From positions 384,001-448,000 of the forward strand of contig CAVXWP010000002.1 in assembly GCA_963765495.1 (NCBI GenBank): a stretch of 64,000 nucleotides of DNA. Reading direction: 5' to 3'. The notes beneath the pieces are model-generated. The model saw only the letters and a program-made list of their open reading frames with translations, searched no databases and was not told the origin of the DNA. This document shows positions 39,644 through 50,595 of the stretch, in pieces. Both the position numbers and the translations under genes were made by a program. Source of the stretch: Blastocatellia bacterium (GTDB lineage Bacteria > Acidobacteriota > Blastocatellia > UBA7656). Every line of letters starts with the position of its first letter. The stretch's first letter is position 1.

Positions 39644-41098
39644 TCACATGCTACAACGGCCGCGCATGCGACGACCTCTCGGCCCCATAAATCCATCGTA
39701 GTGACGCATGATGAGTTGGGACTCGATCTGGTTCATGGTGTCCATCGCCACGCCGACAACGATCAGCAGGCTTGTGCCACCGAAATAGAAGTTCACACCT
39801 ACGCCCGTCGTGAGCCAGGAAGTTAACGGGTTTGATCGCAGCAGGTTATCAACAGACTGACCGATCCACGGAAGATACTGAAACTGAAAGCCTCCGGTCA
39901 TGATCTGCGGCAACAGGGCAACCAGGGCCAGATATATCGCGCCCACGGTCGTCAATCGCGTTAGAATCTCGTTCAGATAATCCGCCGTGCGCTTGCCGGG
40001 TCGAATGCCCGGTATAAAGGCTCCGTTCTTACGTAAATTGTTGGCCACTTCATCCGTGTTGAAGATGATCGACACATAAAAGAACGTGAAGAAAATGATG
40101 GCCGTAGTATAGATCAGCATGTGCAGCGGATGCGAAGAGTTGGTCATCTCCTGCGCAAAGGTTGCAAGCCAGCCCCTCCAACTCCCCGAGGTCGGATCGG
40201 TAGCCCCCAAAAAACCCAGAATAGTCTGGGGGAAGGCCAGTATCGAAGCGGCAAAGATCACCGGGATGACTCCGCCGATGTTTACTTTCAGCGGCATGTG
40301 AGTCTGCTGCTGCGGTATCGACTGGCGACCGACCATTCGGCGCGCGTGGTTGATCGGAACCTTGCGGTAGCCGCGCTCGATAAAGACAATACCCGCGATG
40401 ACAAGTATCATCGCTATTATAAGGGCTATTACGCCGAGCGCCTGCCCGGTGCCGCCGCCGGTCAGCTTTTCGTAAATCGACGAAACCGCAGACGGCAGCC
40501 TCAGCACGATTCCGGCAAAGATGATCAAGCTTATGCCGTTGCCTACGCCACGTTCGGTGATCTGTTCGCCCAGCCACATGATAAAGGTAGTGCCGGTTGT
40601 AAGAGTAAGCATCGTCAACGCGATAAAGCTCACGCCCGGATTTGGCACAAGCGACCCGGTAGCGGTCTGCTGGTTTTGCAGCCAGTAGGCGATGCCAAAC
40701 GATTGTATCGAGCAGAGCAAGACCGTCAGGTAACGGGTGTATTGTGTGATCTTCCGGCGTCCGAGTTCCCCTTCTTCCTGAAGCGCCTTGAGTCGGGCGC
40801 TCACGGTCGTCATCAACTGCAAGATGATTGACGCTGTGATGTAGGGGGTGATGCCAAGCGCAAAGATCGAGACCACCTTGAAGTTGCCGCCCGAAAAAAG
40901 ATCGAGGACACCGGCAAGGCTGCGCTGCAATTCGCCGGTATTCCACAGATTGGCGAGCGCGTCAGCATCGATACCGGGCGTGCGCACGTGCGAGCCGATA
41001 CGATAAACCCCAAGCATTGCAAGCGTAAAGAGTATGCGCTTGCGCAGATCGGGCACGGCAAAGACATTGCGTATGCTATTAATAAAATTCTCTAGCAT
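39644..41098 (-). CDS. secY: preprotein translocase subunit SecY
   Basis: [50 protein letters not shown]. Confidence 0.98.
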   Translation of the reverse strand: MLENFINSIRNVFAVPDLRKRILFTLAMLGVYRIGSHVRTPGIDADALANLWNTGELQRSLAGVLDLFSGGNFKVVSIFALGITPYITASIILQLMTTVSARLKALQEEGELGRRKITQYTRYLTVLLCSIQSFGIAYWLQNQQTATGSLVPNPGVSFIALTMLTLTTGTTFIMWLGEQITERGVGNGISLIIFAGIVLRLPSAVSSIYEKLTGGGTGQALGVIALIIAMILVIAGIVFIERGYRKVPINHARRMVGRQSIPQQQTHMPLKVNIGGVIPVIFAASILAFPQTILGFLGATDPTSGSWRGWLATFAQEMTNSSHPLHMLIYTTAIIFFTFFYVSIIFNTDEVANNLRKNGAFIPGIRPGKRTADYLNEILTRLTTVGAIYLALVALLPQIMTGGFQFQYLPWIGQSVDNLLRSNPLTSWLTTGVGVNFYFGGTSLLIVVGVAMDTMNQIESQLIMRHYDGFMGPRGRRMRGRCSM

Positions 41099-41132
41099 GG
41101 GCTTGAACCTTTAATAAACGATGGAGGTGGAT

Positions 41133-41615
41133 TTACTCACCGCCGGCAGTTGAGGAAACCAGCGAAGCCGTGCCGCCCGCAGCTTCGATCTTTTCGCGCG
41201 CGCTCTTGCTGAAGCGATGCGCAGAGACATTGACTGCCCGGGTCAACTCGCCCCGGCCCAGGACAACCACGCCGTATGCGCGGGCAAGCTGGCCCTTCTT
41301 TATGAGACCGCGTTCTACGAGAAGCTCGGGCGTGATCTCATCAACACCTTCGAATCTCTCTCCGAGGTCAGAGAGATTGATTTCGACCCACTCTTTCTTA
41401 AATATATTTGTAAAGCCGCGCTTGGGCAGCCTGCGCTGGAGCGGCATCTGCCCGCCCTCAAACCCGGGACGGCTCGAATAGCCCGAACGCGATTTCTGGC
41501 CCTTGTGACCGCGCCCCGAGGTCTTCCCAAGCCCGGAGCCCGGCCCGCGACCCACTCGCTTCTTATTCTTGTTTGCGCCCTTCGGCGCTCCGATGTTGTG
41601 TATACCTAGTGCCAT
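41133..41615 (-). CDS. rplO: 50S ribosomal protein L15
   Basis: [29 protein letters not shown]; ATG 41615 after GGAG. Confidence 0.97.
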   Translation of the reverse strand: MALGIHNIGAPKGANKNKKRVGRGPGSGLGKTSGRGHKGQKSRSGYSSRPGFEGGQMPLQRRLPKRGFTNIFKKEWVEINLSDLGERFEGVDEITPELLVERGLIKKGQLARAYGVVVLGRGELTRAVNVSAHRFSKSAREKIEAAGGTASLVSSTAGGE

Positions 41616-41640
41616 TAGAAACTCCACAGGCCTCTTTAAC

Positions 41641-41674
41641 CTCAGATTTGAGATTTCAAATCTGAGATTTCAGA
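41641..41674. repeat. short heptamer element (GAGATTT/AATCTGA family), rpmD-rplO junction
   Basis: CTCAGATTTGAGATTTCAAATCTGAGATTTCAGA. Confidence 0.75.
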
Positions 41675-41680
41675 CGGCTC

Positions 41681-41899
41681 CTATTCGACTATCCGCAGCA
41701 GGTGCGGAGCCTTTGCCACCATCCCGCGCATCGCCGCTGTATCGGGGCGCTCGACTATCTGATTGAGCTTTGTGAGCCCGATGCTGCGCACCAGTATCTT
41801 ATGCGATTTATTTGCCGCGATGGTAGAGCGATACCACTGTATTTTTATCGTCTTCACGTCCGACGAGCCTTTATCGGCGCGCTTTTTGGCCTCTGCCAT
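41681..41899 (-). CDS. rpmD: 50S ribosomal protein L30
   Basis: IKIQWYRSTI..GLTKLNQIVE..RGMV...HLL; position between rpsE and rplO. Confidence 0.93.
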   Translation of the reverse strand: MAEAKKRADKGSSDVKTIKIQWYRSTIAANKSHKILVRSIGLTKLNQIVERPDTAAMRGMVAKAPHLLRIVE

Positions 41900-42008
41900 A
41901 ATCGTAACTCCTTGTGCTCATCCCGCCTGAAAAGGCTCTTGTAAGACTACCTGTTCAGACCGGCGCTATGCAAATCTCTCGGGGCAAATCCCTTCAGGGC
42001 AACCCCTC

Positions 42009-42512
42009 TCAGGCGGTTTGAATCTCTTCGACGCTTTGCTTGCGCAGCCGCGCCACGGTGGCCGGATCCTTCAGATCGCGTAGTCCCTCAAAGGTTGCGC
42101 GTACCACGTTATGAGGATTCGATGTGCCGATTGATTTGGTCACGACATCGTGCACGCCTACCGATTGCATTATGGCGCGAACCGGGCCGCCCGCGATCAC
42201 ACCCGTGCCTTCGGGCGCAGGCTTCATAAGAACACGACCTGCTCCGAAGACTCCTACCACCTGATGCGGCAGCGTGGAACCTGTGAGCGGAACGCGGATG
42301 AGATTCTTCTTGGCTGCCTCGATGCCCTTCTTTATTGCCAGAGGCACTTCCCGCGCCTTGCCGGAACCGAACCCGACTATGCCGTTTTCGTTGCCGACGA
42401 CTACCAGAGCCGAAAACGACAGATTCTTACCGCCCTTTACCACTTTGGTAACGCGGTTGATTGAAATGACCTGATCTTTAAGATCGAGACCCGATGCATC
42501 TATCCGTTCCAT
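42009..42512 (-). CDS. rpsE: 30S ribosomal protein S5
   Basis: [27 protein letters not shown]. Confidence 0.98.
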   Translation of the reverse strand: MERIDASGLDLKDQVISINRVTKVVKGGKNLSFSALVVVGNENGIVGFGSGKAREVPLAIKKGIEAAKKNLIRVPLTGSTLPHQVVGVFGAGRVLMKPAPEGTGVIAGGPVRAIMQSVGVHDVVTKSIGTSNPHNVVRATFEGLRDLKDPATVARLRKQSVEEIQTA

Positions 42513-42524
42513 AAAACCCCTTAC

Positions 42525-42605
42525 GATTTTGGATTTTGGATTTTAGATTTTGGATTCACGGATTGATCGGCAATCCAAAATCTAAAATCCAAAATCTAAA
42601 ATCTA
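42525..42605. repeat. inverted heptamer element (GATTTTR family), rplR-rpsE junction
   Basis: (GATTTTG/A)x4, then (AATCC/TAA)x5; the rplR stop TAG forms part of the repeat. Confidence 0.92.
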
Positions 42606-42962
42606 GAATTCCAATCCGCCTTCGCGCGCCCCTTCGGCCAGATTCCTCACGCGTCCATGATAGATATAACCGCCCCGGTCAAAGACCACTCGCGTTATAC
42701 CTTTCTCTTTGGCGCGCTCGGCTATAATCTTGCCGATCTCTTTCGCGGCTGCGACGTTGCCCCCGTAGCGGGTGCGAAAATCAGGCTCTGTTGTAGAGGC
42801 AGACGCTATCGTCTTGCCCGAAGAATCGTCTATCACCTGAGCGTAGATATGATTCAAGCTGCGAAATACCGCAAGGCGCGGGCGCTCGGTCGTGCCCGAA
42901 ATTTTCTTGCGAATCCTCTTATGAACTGCTCGCCGCAATTCGCGGCTCTCTTTCTTAGCCAT
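42603..42962 (-). CDS. rplR: 50S ribosomal protein L18
   Basis: [34 protein letters not shown]. Confidence 0.97.
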   Translation of the reverse strand: MAKKESRELRRAVHKRIRKKISGTTERPRLAVFRSLNHIYAQVIDDSSGKTIASASTTEPDFRTRYGGNVAAAKEIGKIIAERAKEKGITRVVFDRGGYIYHGRVRNLAEGAREGGLEF

Positions 42963-43051
42963 TTTTGTTTTCTCCAAGTCCGCTGATTGCGCAAAGCGTT
43001 ATTATCTCTATTTGCCTCGCGTCACTTCAGCAGCCCGCCAGAGTCTATCTA

Positions 43052-43609
43052 TTACTTCCCGGTCTTGCCCGGTTTGAGCTTCAGTTTCTCATTCGCATAG
43101 CGAACACCCTTGCCCTTGTAGGGATCGGGTCTGCGAAGGCTGCGCATATCGGCTGCCACCTGGCCTACCTGCTGCCGGTCAATTCCTGTGACCGTCAGCG
43201 TGGTCTGATATTGCTGGACGCCCGGTTTGTTCTGACGTTCGATCTTCACATCTATCCCGTTGGGCAAGGGAAATTCTATGGGATGTGAATAGCCCAGGTT
43301 GAATATCACGCGATTCTTCTGCACCTCGACCTTGTAACCTACGCCGACCACGTCAAGCTGGCGGACAAAGCCTTCGCTTACGCCCACGACCGCGTTGTTT
43401 ACGAGCGCCCGCGCAAGACCGTGGAAAGCGGCCTTGTCATCAGACTCGCGCTCGGCGATCAACTGCTCGCCGTCCTGGCGAAAATTGATCCCTTCCGGCA
43501 ACCGGGTCTTGAGCGAGCCTTTTGGCCCGGTCACCTCGACCTCGCCCTCGTTTATGTTGACTTTCACGCCTTTCGGCAACACTATCGGCTTTTTGCCTAT
43601 CCTCGACAT
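43052..43609 (-). CDS. rplF: 50S ribosomal protein L6
   Basis: [31 protein letters not shown]. Confidence 0.97.
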   Translation of the reverse strand: MSRIGKKPIVLPKGVKVNINEGEVEVTGPKGSLKTRLPEGINFRQDGEQLIAERESDDKAAFHGLARALVNNAVVGVSEGFVRQLDVVGVGYKVEVQKNRVIFNLGYSHPIEFPLPNGIDVKIERQNKPGVQQYQTTLTVTGIDRQQVGQVAADMRSLRRPDPYKGKGVRYANEKLKLKPGKTGK

Positions 43610-43672
43610 TTGTCCAACTCCCTGCCCGTAACGCGAGACGAGAACTCGCGTCACGCTCTTAAGTAGACCCGC

Positions 43673-44065
43673 TTAGTAGACCCGGCAAAGTATCTCGCCG
43701 CCTACCTTCTGGCGGCGTGCTGCGCGGTCAGTCATCAACCCGCTCGAAGTAGAGAGAATATTGATGCCCATGCCGCCGAGCACTTTGGGTATCTTCATGC
43801 TGTCCACATAAACACGACAGCCGGGTTTTGAAACGCGCTCAAGCTTTGAGACCACCTGCTCGCCTCTCGGGCCGTAGCGCAGGTAGATGCGAATCGTGCG
43901 GTGCACGCCTTCCCCGATCGTCTTATAGTTGTTTATAAAGCCTTCTTCTTTCAGTATCCGCGCGATCTCAAGCTTGAGCTTAGAGAGCGGCACGTCCACC
44001 TTCTGATGCTTTGCCTGTAACGCGTTGCGAATGCGCGTTAACATATCAGCTATTGGGTCTGTCAT
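43673..44065 (-). CDS. rpsH: 30S ribosomal protein S8
   Basis: MTDPIADMLTRIRN, SKPGCRVY, STSSGLMT, GGE. Confidence 0.98.
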   Translation of the reverse strand: MTDPIADMLTRIRNALQAKHQKVDVPLSKLKLEIARILKEEGFINNYKTIGEGVHRTIRIYLRYGPRGEQVVSKLERVSKPGCRVYVDSMKIPKVLGGMGINILSTSSGLMTDRAARRQKVGGEILCRVY

Positions 44066-44079
44066 ACGTCTCCTGAATT

Positions 44080-44154
44080 ACGCGATGCCTGAGGCGTGAC
44101 TCGTGACCGGATTCCAATCCGGTTGAGCATCACCCATCACGCATTACGCATCAC
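44080..44154. repeat. degenerate inverted heptamer element (CGTGATG family), rpsN-rpsH junction
   Basis: CGCGATG CCTGAGG CGTGACT CGTGA, then CATCACC CATCACG CATTACG CATCAC. Confidence 0.7.
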
Positions 44155-44161
44155 TAATCTT

Positions 44162-44446
44162 TTACCAGCTTGACTTCGTCACGCCAGGAATATGTCCTTC
44201 CAGCGCAAGGTCTCGGAAGCAGATGCGACAGAGAGCAAACTTGCGCAGGTAGGCACGGCCGCGACCGCAACGGCGACAGCGATTGTGCACGCGCGAGGTG
44301 AAGACGTTCAGATTCAGACCTTCGGCCTTTGCTTTCTTGATCGTCTTCTTGCTGCTGTTTCCGTACTTTTCCTGTACCCTTTGCCTGGCGTTTTCGAGAG
44401 CGCGTTTCAACTCGTTCGCCTTATACATTGATGATTCTCTCGCCAT
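44162..44446 (-). CDS. rpsN: 30S ribosomal protein S14, zinc-binding type but 94 aa
   Basis: [26 protein letters not shown]; GAGG RBS upstream of ATG 44446. Confidence 0.95.
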   Translation of the reverse strand: MARESSMYKANELKRALENARQRVQEKYGNSSKKTIKKAKAEGLNLNVFTSRVHNRCRRCGRGRAYLRKFALCRICFRDLALEGHIPGVTKSSW

Positions 44447-44459
44447 CCGTACCTCTCAA

Positions 44460-45005
44460 CTATTTCTGAAACGGCATTCCAAACTGGCGAAGCAGAGCGC
44501 GTCCCTCTTCATCAGTTCGTGCCGTTGTGACTATAGAAATGTTCATTCCCCGCGTCTTGTCAACCTTGTTGAAGTCTATCTCGGGGAATATCAATTGGTC
44601 TTTGATTCCTACCGTGTAATTGCCGCGCCCGTCGAAAGCGCGAGGGCTGACGCCGCGAAAGTCGCGCACGCGCGGCAGCACGGCGTTTATAAACCGGTCC
44701 AGAAACTCGTACATCCGATCACCGCGCAGAGTCACCGATACGCCGACCGGCATGCCTGTTCGCAGTTTGAAGGCCGCGATTGATTTCTTGGCCTTGGTGA
44801 TCACAGGTTTTTGACCCGAAACGGTCGATAGCTCGGAAGCTGCCTGATCGAAAACCTTGGAGTTGTTCTGCGCCTCGCGGCCTACGCCCATGTTCAGGAC
44901 TATCTTTTCAAGCCTCGGCACAGCCATCGGGTTCGGATAGTTGAACTCCTTGGTCAGGGCTTCGAGTATCTCGTTTTTGTATCGTTCGCTCAATCTAGTT
45001 GCCAT
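44460..45005 (-). CDS. rplE: 50S ribosomal protein L5
   Basis: [40 protein letters not shown]. Confidence 0.98.
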   Translation of the reverse strand: MATRLSERYKNEILEALTKEFNYPNPMAVPRLEKIVLNMGVGREAQNNSKVFDQAASELSTVSGQKPVITKAKKSIAAFKLRTGMPVGVSVTLRGDRMYEFLDRFINAVLPRVRDFRGVSPRAFDGRGNYTVGIKDQLIFPEIDFNKVDKTRGMNISIVTTARTDEEGRALLRQFGMPFQK

Positions 45006-45040
45006 CTCTAACCTCTTCACTGATGCGTCGCCGTCCCCGT

Positions 45041-45072
45041 AATCTCAAATTTGAAATCTCAAATCTGAGATT
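45041..45072. repeat. short heptamer element (AATCTCA family), rplX-rplE junction
   Basis: AATCTCA AATTTGA AATCTCA AATCTGA GATT. Confidence 0.75.
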
Positions 45073-45105
45073 AATAGGCCGCGCGACTGCCTTCAGCAGA
45101 TTCGC

Positions 45106-45438
45106 TCATTGTTTCTCAATCGCCGCCCCGCACCTCTTGCAGGCGCGCGTCCGCTGACCATCGCCCAGCACCTGATGCGCGGTGCGAGTGGCCTCGCTGC
45201 AATGCGGGCAGATCACCATCACGTTTGAGACGTGAATGGGAGCTTCCCGCTCGATGATGCCGCCCTGCACGCCGCTTCGAGAGTTTGCGCGGTTGTGGCG
45301 TTTGAGGACGTTCACTCCCTCGACGATAAGTTTTTTCTTGCGCGGGAGCACCTCGATTACGCGACCCTTCTTACCCCGGTCCTTACCGGCGATGACCACC
45401 ACGCGGTCGTTTTTTCGCACATTGATCTCTGTGTTCAT
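45106..45438 (-). CDS. rplX: 50S ribosomal protein L24
   Basis: VVVIAGKDRGKKG, VEGVN, EAPIHVSNV, CxxC..CxxC. Confidence 0.97.
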   Translation of the reverse strand: MNTEINVRKNDRVVVIAGKDRGKKGRVIEVLPRKKKLIVEGVNVLKRHNRANSRSGVQGGIIEREAPIHVSNVMVICPHCSEATRTAHQVLGDGQRTRACKRCGAAIEKQ

Positions 45439-45446
45439 AACACCTC

Positions 45447-45815
45447 TTAAATGACTTCCGGCGCGAGGCTGACGATCTTCATAAAGCGCTTGTCGCGCAA
45501 CTCGCGCGCTATCGGCCCGAATACGCGCGTGCCTATCGGCTCGTTATCGGGTTTGATCAAAACGGCCGCGTTCTGGTCGAAGCGGATATAAGTGCCGTCC
45601 CTGCGGCGAGTCTCTTTCCGCGTACGAACGATGACGGCGCGAACCACCTGTCCCTTTTTGACCGCACCGTCAGGCGATGCCTCTTTCACCGATGCCGTAA
45701 TGATATCTCCAAGCCCGGCGCGCGACCCCGTGTCACCGCCGAGCGGCAAAATCATTGACAGGCGTTTAGCCCCGGAATTGTCGGCCACTTCGAGCCTTGT
45801 CCTCATCTGAACCAT
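45447..45815 (-). CDS. rplN: 50S ribosomal protein L14
   Basis: [30 protein letters not shown]. Confidence 0.98.
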   Translation of the reverse strand: MVQMRTRLEVADNSGAKRLSMILPLGGDTGSRAGLGDIITASVKEASPDGAVKKGQVVRAVIVRTRKETRRRDGTYIRFDQNAAVLIKPDNEPIGTRVFGPIARELRDKRFMKIVSLAPEVI

Positions 45816-45832
45816 AAATCACCTCAATCAGC

Positions 45833-45866
45833 AATCTGAAATCTCAAATCTCAAATCTGAGATTTC
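45833..45866. repeat. short heptamer element (AATCTCA family), rpsQ-rplN junction
   Basis: AATCTGA AATCTCA AATCTCA AATCTGA GATTTC. Confidence 0.75.
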
Positions 45867-45874
45867 AACACGCG

Positions 45875-46324
45875 CTATCTGGCCTTCTGGACTATTTCGG
45901 CAACGCGCCAGCGCTTGCGCGCCGAAAGCGGCCTCGTCTCAACTATCCTCACCATGTCGCCGACCTGAGCACCAAGCTCGTTATGCGCCATGAATTTGGA
46001 CCGGCGGCGAATGTAACGCCTGTACTTCGGATGCTGCACCTGACGCTCGACGCGAACTACGACGGTCTTTTGCATCTTGTCGCTTGTGACAAGGCCGACC
46101 TTTTCCTGTCGGCGGTGCTTTAGCGCGGCTGCGGCGGGCGCTGCCGTTTCGCTTTCGCCCTCCTCAGAGACTGCCTCCTCAGAGACTGCTGCGGCCTCAT
46201 CACCGGAGGAGGCGCTCACCTCCACGGCATCGGCAGACACAGCTTCTGTGGTCTCGTCCTGTCCGGTCGTTTCTCCGGTTGTTTCTTCAACCGGCTCTTC
46301 GTTTATATTCTCGTTCTCTTGCAT
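45875..46324 (-). CDS. rpsQ: 30S ribosomal protein S17 with a long acidic N-terminal extension
   Basis: GLVTSDKMQKTVVV..HPKY..GDMVRIVETRPLS; AAGGA RBS upstream of ATG 46324. Confidence 0.93.
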   Translation of the reverse strand: MQENENINEEPVEETTGETTGQDETTEAVSADAVEVSASSGDEAAAVSEEAVSEEGESETAAPAAAALKHRRQEKVGLVTSDKMQKTVVVRVERQVQHPKYRRYIRRRSKFMAHNELGAQVGDMVRIVETRPLSARKRWRVAEIVQKAR

Positions 46325-46373
46325 ACCTATCCTTCACCATCGGCGCAGTCTGAGACTGCACCGGCAAAAGCAT

Positions 46374-46573
46374 TTAGCCCCGGCTTGCCGCAAGCTCGCG
46401 CTCGCGAATCAGAGTCATCACTCGCGCTAGGTCTTTGCGCTGCATGCGCAACTGCTTGACCACATCGGTATTTCCGAGCGCCAGTTTAAAACGCATTCGG
46501 AAGATAGACTCTTTCAATTCGTTGATCTTTTCGTGAAGATCGTCGTCGGATAATTCTCTAAATTCTTCGGCCT

Positions 46574-46577
<4 letters not shown>
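46374..46577 (-). CDS. rpmC: 50S ribosomal protein L29
   Basis: [23 protein letters not shown]; position after rplP. Confidence 0.95.
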
Positions 46578-47014
<437 letters not shown>

Positions 47015-47027
47015 AACACACCAATCT

Positions 47028-47127
47028 CGAATTTTAGATTTTAGATTTTAGATTTTGGATTCCTGATGTATCGCCTCATGGTCCTGCGGCTCGCAATCCA
47101 AAATCCAAAATCTAAAATCCAAAATCG
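47028..47127. repeat. inverted heptamer element (GATTTTR family), rpsC-rplP junction
   Basis: ATTTTAG x3 ATTTTGG ATT, then AATCCAA AATCCAA AATCTAA AATCCAA AATCG. Confidence 0.92.
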
Positions 47128-47784
47128 CTATGTTCTTCTCGCCTGCTGTCCTCGTCTGATGGTCAATTCGTCGCCGCGATAGATCCAGACCTTGACGCCG
47201 ATGACGCCGAATGTCGTATGAGCTTCGGCGAATCCGTAATCAATGTCGGCCCTCAATGTGTGCAGAGGCAGACGACCCTGCAGGTACCACTCCGAGCGGG
47301 CGATTTCGGCCCCGTTCAATCTGCCCGACACGCGCACTTTGATCCCCTGCGCGCCAAAGCGCTGGGCGTTCTCGACAGCGCGCCGCATTGCGCGGCGGAA
47401 AGCGATTCGCTTCTCAAGCTGTTGAGCCACCTGCTCGGCCTGCAATTGCGCGTTCAATTCGGGCTTGTGGATCTCCTGAATATTGACGTAGACCTCGCGC
47501 CCCGTCCGCCCTTTTATCTCCTGCTTGAGCCGGTCAATTTCGGCTCCCTTGCGACCGATGATGATTCCCGGCCGCGAGGTATGGATGATGATCTTCAGCT
47601 TGTTGGCCGCGCGCTCTACGTCTACGTGCGAGACGCCCGCGCCCGCAAATCGAGCCTTCAACTCTTTCTTCAGCTTCAGATCTTCGTGAAGCAGGTCGGC
47701 ATAATCGCGCTTGGCTATCCAATTGGAATGCCAGCCGCGATTGTAGCCCAGCCTGAAACCATACGGATGAACTTTCTGACCCAC
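47128..47784 (-). CDS. rpsC: 30S ribosomal protein S3
   Basis: [47 protein letters not shown]. Confidence 0.98.
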   Translation of the reverse strand: MGQKVHPYGFRLGYNRGWHSNWIAKRDYADLLHEDLKLKKELKARFAGAGVSHVDVERAANKLKIIIHTSRPGIIIGRKGAEIDRLKQEIKGRTGREVYVNIQEIHKPELNAQLQAEQVAQQLEKRIAFRRAMRRAVENAQRFGAQGIKVRVSGRLNGAEIARSEWYLQGRLPLHTLRADIDYGFAEAHTTFGVIGVKVWIYRGDELTIRRGQQARRT

Positions 47785-47796
47785 GATTCCTCCAAA

Positions 47797-47872
47797 TCAG
47801 TGGTCAGTGGTCAGTGGTCAGTGGTCAGTGAATCAATATCACCAGCCCCCGGCCCCCGGCCCCTGGCCCCTA
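47797..47872. repeat. heptamer element with mismatched arms (TCAGTGG x5 / GGCCCCY x4), rplV-rpsC junction
   Basis: read directly; the rplV stop TAG begins the GGGGCCA arm on the minus strand. Confidence 0.9.
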
Positions 47873-48229
47873 TTCTTTTTCCGATTCCACCTCAATAGTT
47901 ATATGGCTCTGCCATCGGCGCTCGCGATATGCCCGGCCCATCGGGGCGGGGCGAACACGGCGACGAAACTTGGTCGGGCCGAGATCTACCATCGCCGTAG
48001 AGACTTTCAAGTCGTCCACGTCTATCGAGATATTCAACTGATCGGCCTTCTGTTCGGCGTTTGCGATTGCCGAACGCAGGGCCGTCTCGATAGGTTTGGC
48101 CGCTCGCTTGCGCGATACCGTAAGCATCGCAAGCGCCTCGTTCACGTTGCGCCCGCGAATAAGGTCAATGACCAGCCTAGCTTTCTGAGGCGAGCCTTTG
48201 ATGTACTTTGCGACTGCGCGTGCTTTCAT
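47870..48229 (-). CDS. rplV: 50S ribosomal protein L22
   Basis: SPQKARLVIDLIRG, SAIANAE, RPAPMGRA, SHITI. Confidence 0.97.
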   Translation of the reverse strand: MKARAVAKYIKGSPQKARLVIDLIRGRNVNEALAMLTVSRKRAAKPIETALRSAIANAEQKADQLNISIDVDDLKVSTAMVDLGPTKFRRRVRPAPMGRAYRERRWQSHITIEVESEKE

Positions 48230-48232
48230 CGC

Positions 48233-48523
48233 TTACCTGCCTCCCTTCTTGACGGTCTTATCGCTCTTTTCAGGGTGGCCCTTGAACGCCCGTGTGGGCG
48301 AAAATTCGCCGAGCTTATGCCCGACCATATTCTCCTGCACATAGACCGGGATAAACTTTTTGCCGTTATGGACGGCTATAGTGTGACCTACCATCTCAGG
48401 CAATATGGTCGAACGGCGAGACCAGGTCTTATGGACCCGCTTCTCGTTCGCCTGATTCATCTTTGTGATCGCCTTCTCGAGGTGATCATCCACAAACGGC
48501 CCTTTTTTTATTGATCTTGCCAT
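48233..48523 (-). CDS. rpsS: 30S ribosomal protein S19
   Basis: [31 protein letters not shown]. Confidence 0.98.
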   Translation of the reverse strand: MARSIKKGPFVDDHLEKAITKMNQANEKRVHKTWSRRSTILPEMVGHTIAVHNGKKFIPVYVQENMVGHKLGEFSPTRAFKGHPEKSDKTVKKGGR

Positions 48524-48589
48524 AACTATCTCAAGTAAAGAGTGAGAAGAGGCGAGCGAAAAGTTGAGCCTTTCGCTCGCCTCCCGTCA

Positions 48590-49414
48590 TTATTTCTTGC
48601 CTCTGCGCACGATGAATTTATCTGTGCGCTTATTGTTTCTGGTCTTATAACCGCGAGTAGGCATACCCCAGGGCGTAACCGGGTGGCGTCCGCCCGATGT
48701 GCGTCCCTCGCCTCCGCCGTGCGGATGGTCTACCGGATTCATCACGACGCCGCGAACCTTGGGCCTCCGGCCCTTCCACCGAGTGCGGCCCGCTTTGCCC
48801 AGAGAAACGTTGCTGTGCTCTATGTTGCCTATCTGGCCAATGGTGGCATAACACTCGATGTTGACTCTGCGAATCTCACCCGAAGGGAGGCGAAGCTGCG
48901 CCCAATCGCCTTCCTTTGCCACAAGCTGCGCCGACCCGCCAGCCGCTCTCACCATCTGCGCGCCTTTGCCGGGGCGAAGCTCTATGTTGTGAATGGTCGT
49001 GCCAAGCGGGATAAATCTCAAGGGCAATGCGTTACCGGCTATGATGTCAGCCTCGGGCCCCGATACGACTTCCTGCCCGACCGTGATGCCTACGGGTGCG
49101 ATGATGTATCGCTTCTCGCCGTCCGCGTAATGAAGCAGGGCTATATGAGCCGAACGATTCGGATCATACTCGATGGTGGCGACTTTGGCCGGAACGCCGA
49201 TCTTGTCGCGCTTGAAATCTATGATGCGATACTGGCGCTTGGCCCCGCCGCCCCTGCGGCGGATCGTAATATGGCCGTCATTATTGCGCCCCGATATGCG
49301 CTTCTTAGGCGCAAGCAACGGCTTGTACGGCTCATCGTTCGTGAGTTCGTCACGAGTCAGATAAGTCTGATAGCGCCGTGCCGGTGATGTCGGTGTGAGC
49401 TTCTTGATTCCCAT
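48590..49414 (-). CDS. rplB: 50S ribosomal protein L2
   Basis: [26 protein letters not shown]. Confidence 0.98.
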   Translation of the reverse strand: MGIKKLTPTSPARRYQTYLTRDELTNDEPYKPLLAPKKRISGRNNDGHITIRRRGGGAKRQYRIIDFKRDKIGVPAKVATIEYDPNRSAHIALLHYADGEKRYIIAPVGITVGQEVVSGPEADIIAGNALPLRFIPLGTTIHNIELRPGKGAQMVRAAGGSAQLVAKEGDWAQLRLPSGEIRRVNIECYATIGQIGNIEHSNVSLGKAGRTRWKGRRPKVRGVVMNPVDHPHGGGEGRTSGGRHPVTPWGMPTRGYKTRNNKRTDKFIVRRGKK

Positions 49415-49424
49415 CACTTCTCCA

Positions 49425-49514
49425 TTTTGGATTTTGGATTTTAGATTTTAGATTGAGGAACAAGCTCGATTAATCATCACTCAATCCAAAATCTAAAATC
49501 CAAAATCGAAAATC
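49425..49514. repeat. inverted heptamer element (GATTTTR family), rplW-rplB junction
   Basis: ATTTTGG x2 ATTTTAG x2 ATTGAG, then CTCAATCCAA AATCTAA AATCCAA AATCGAA AATC. Confidence 0.92.
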
Positions 49515-49842
49515 AAATTGCGTCTTCATACATGACAGAGCTTTCGCCGCTCTTGAGCGTAACGTAAGCCTTCTTCCAGTCGGGCCGCTTGCCCATCTCG
49601 CGGCGCGTAGGTATTCGCTTCATCTTGCCGCGATAATTGGCCACACGCACTTCGGCAACCTTTACGCCCAGTATCTTTTCAACGGCGTGTTTGATCTCGG
49701 GCTTTGTGGCGCGAGCGTCAACCTTGAGCGTGAGCATCTGACGGCTATTGCCAGTGCGACCGAGCGATTCAGGCTCGTCCTTCATCGTCAACGCTTTTTC
49801 GGTAATGACCGGCCCTTTGATGACATCCCAAATACTTTTCAT
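49513..49842 (-). CDS. rplW: 50S ribosomal protein L23
   Basis: PVITEKA, ATKPEIKHAVE, WKKAYVTL. Confidence 0.96.
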   Translation of the reverse strand: MKSIWDVIKGPVITEKALTMKDEPESLGRTGNSRQMLTLKVDARATKPEIKHAVEKILGVKVAEVRVANYRGKMKRIPTRREMGKRPDWKKAYVTLKSGESSVMYEDAI

Positions 49843-49854
49843 CGGTAGCTCTCC

Positions 49855-50481
49855 CTACTTGCTCAACTGCTCATCGAGCGCGGCGGCAGCTTCGCGAGTG
49901 AACGCCAGCTGCTCGTGCGTAAGCAGTTCGTAAACATTTACGCCGTTCGGCGAGATGTAGGTGACGCCGGGCAGATTACGCGACGAAAGCGCAAGGTTAT
50001 GATTGTCGAACGCGTCTACGATAAGCGTTCGCCGGTCGAGCCCGAGCGCGGCCAGAGTCGCGGCGAAATCCTTCGTCTTGTGCGATGACAACTCGAAGTT
50101 CTCAACTATGACAAGCCCGCCCTCGCGCAATCGCTCAGACAACACCGAACGTATCGCGCCGCGCCTCATCTTTTTAGGCACGTGGTAGGACCAGTCGCGC
50201 GGCTGCGGCCCGTGTACGTTTCCGCCGCCCCTCCACAAAGGAGAGCGCAGGCTCGCTATGCGGGCGCGACCTGTTCCCTTCTGCCGCCAGAGTTTCTTGC
50301 CCGAACCGCTCGTATCACCGCGCGTCTTCGTAGCCGAAGTGCCGGCGCGCTGGTTGGCAAGATAGCCTTTTACAGCCGAGTAGATGAGCGCTTTATTGAG
50401 CGGAGCGCCGAACACCGCGTCCGACAACTCCAACTCGCCCACCTCTTCGTTGTTCAGATTCTTCACCTTTACAACAGGCAT
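49855..50481 (-). CDS. rplD: 50S ribosomal protein L4
   Basis: [31 protein letters not shown]. Confidence 0.97.
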   Translation of the reverse strand: MPVVKVKNLNNEEVGELELSDAVFGAPLNKALIYSAVKGYLANQRAGTSATKTRGDTSGSGKKLWRQKGTGRARIASLRSPLWRGGGNVHGPQPRDWSYHVPKKMRRGAIRSVLSERLREGGLVIVENFELSSHKTKDFAATLAALGLDRRTLIVDAFDNHNLALSSRNLPGVTYISPNGVNVYELLTHEQLAFTREAAAALDEQLSK

Positions 50482-50499
50482 CGTTTCGCTCCATTAAAA

Positions 50500-50595
50500 G
50501 TGATCCGTGAAGAGTGATTCGTGATTTACCAGACTTCGCAGGTTGCTTTGACAACAGACGGCCTGCAAATCACGCATCGCGCATCGCGTATCACT
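50500..50595. repeat. degenerate inverted heptamer element (CGTGATT family), rplC-rplD junction
   Basis: GTGATC CGTGAAG AGTGATT CGTGATT, then AATCACG CATCGCG CATCGCG TATCAC. Confidence 0.8.

Noticed and set aside
42536-42727. Short ORFs with DFRFWI / NPKSKIQN / SGQWSV / SRITH motifs (also at 47807, 50521, 55095, 61397)
   Set aside because: Read-through of heptamer repeats antisense to ribosomal or rpo genes; no independent coding evidence.
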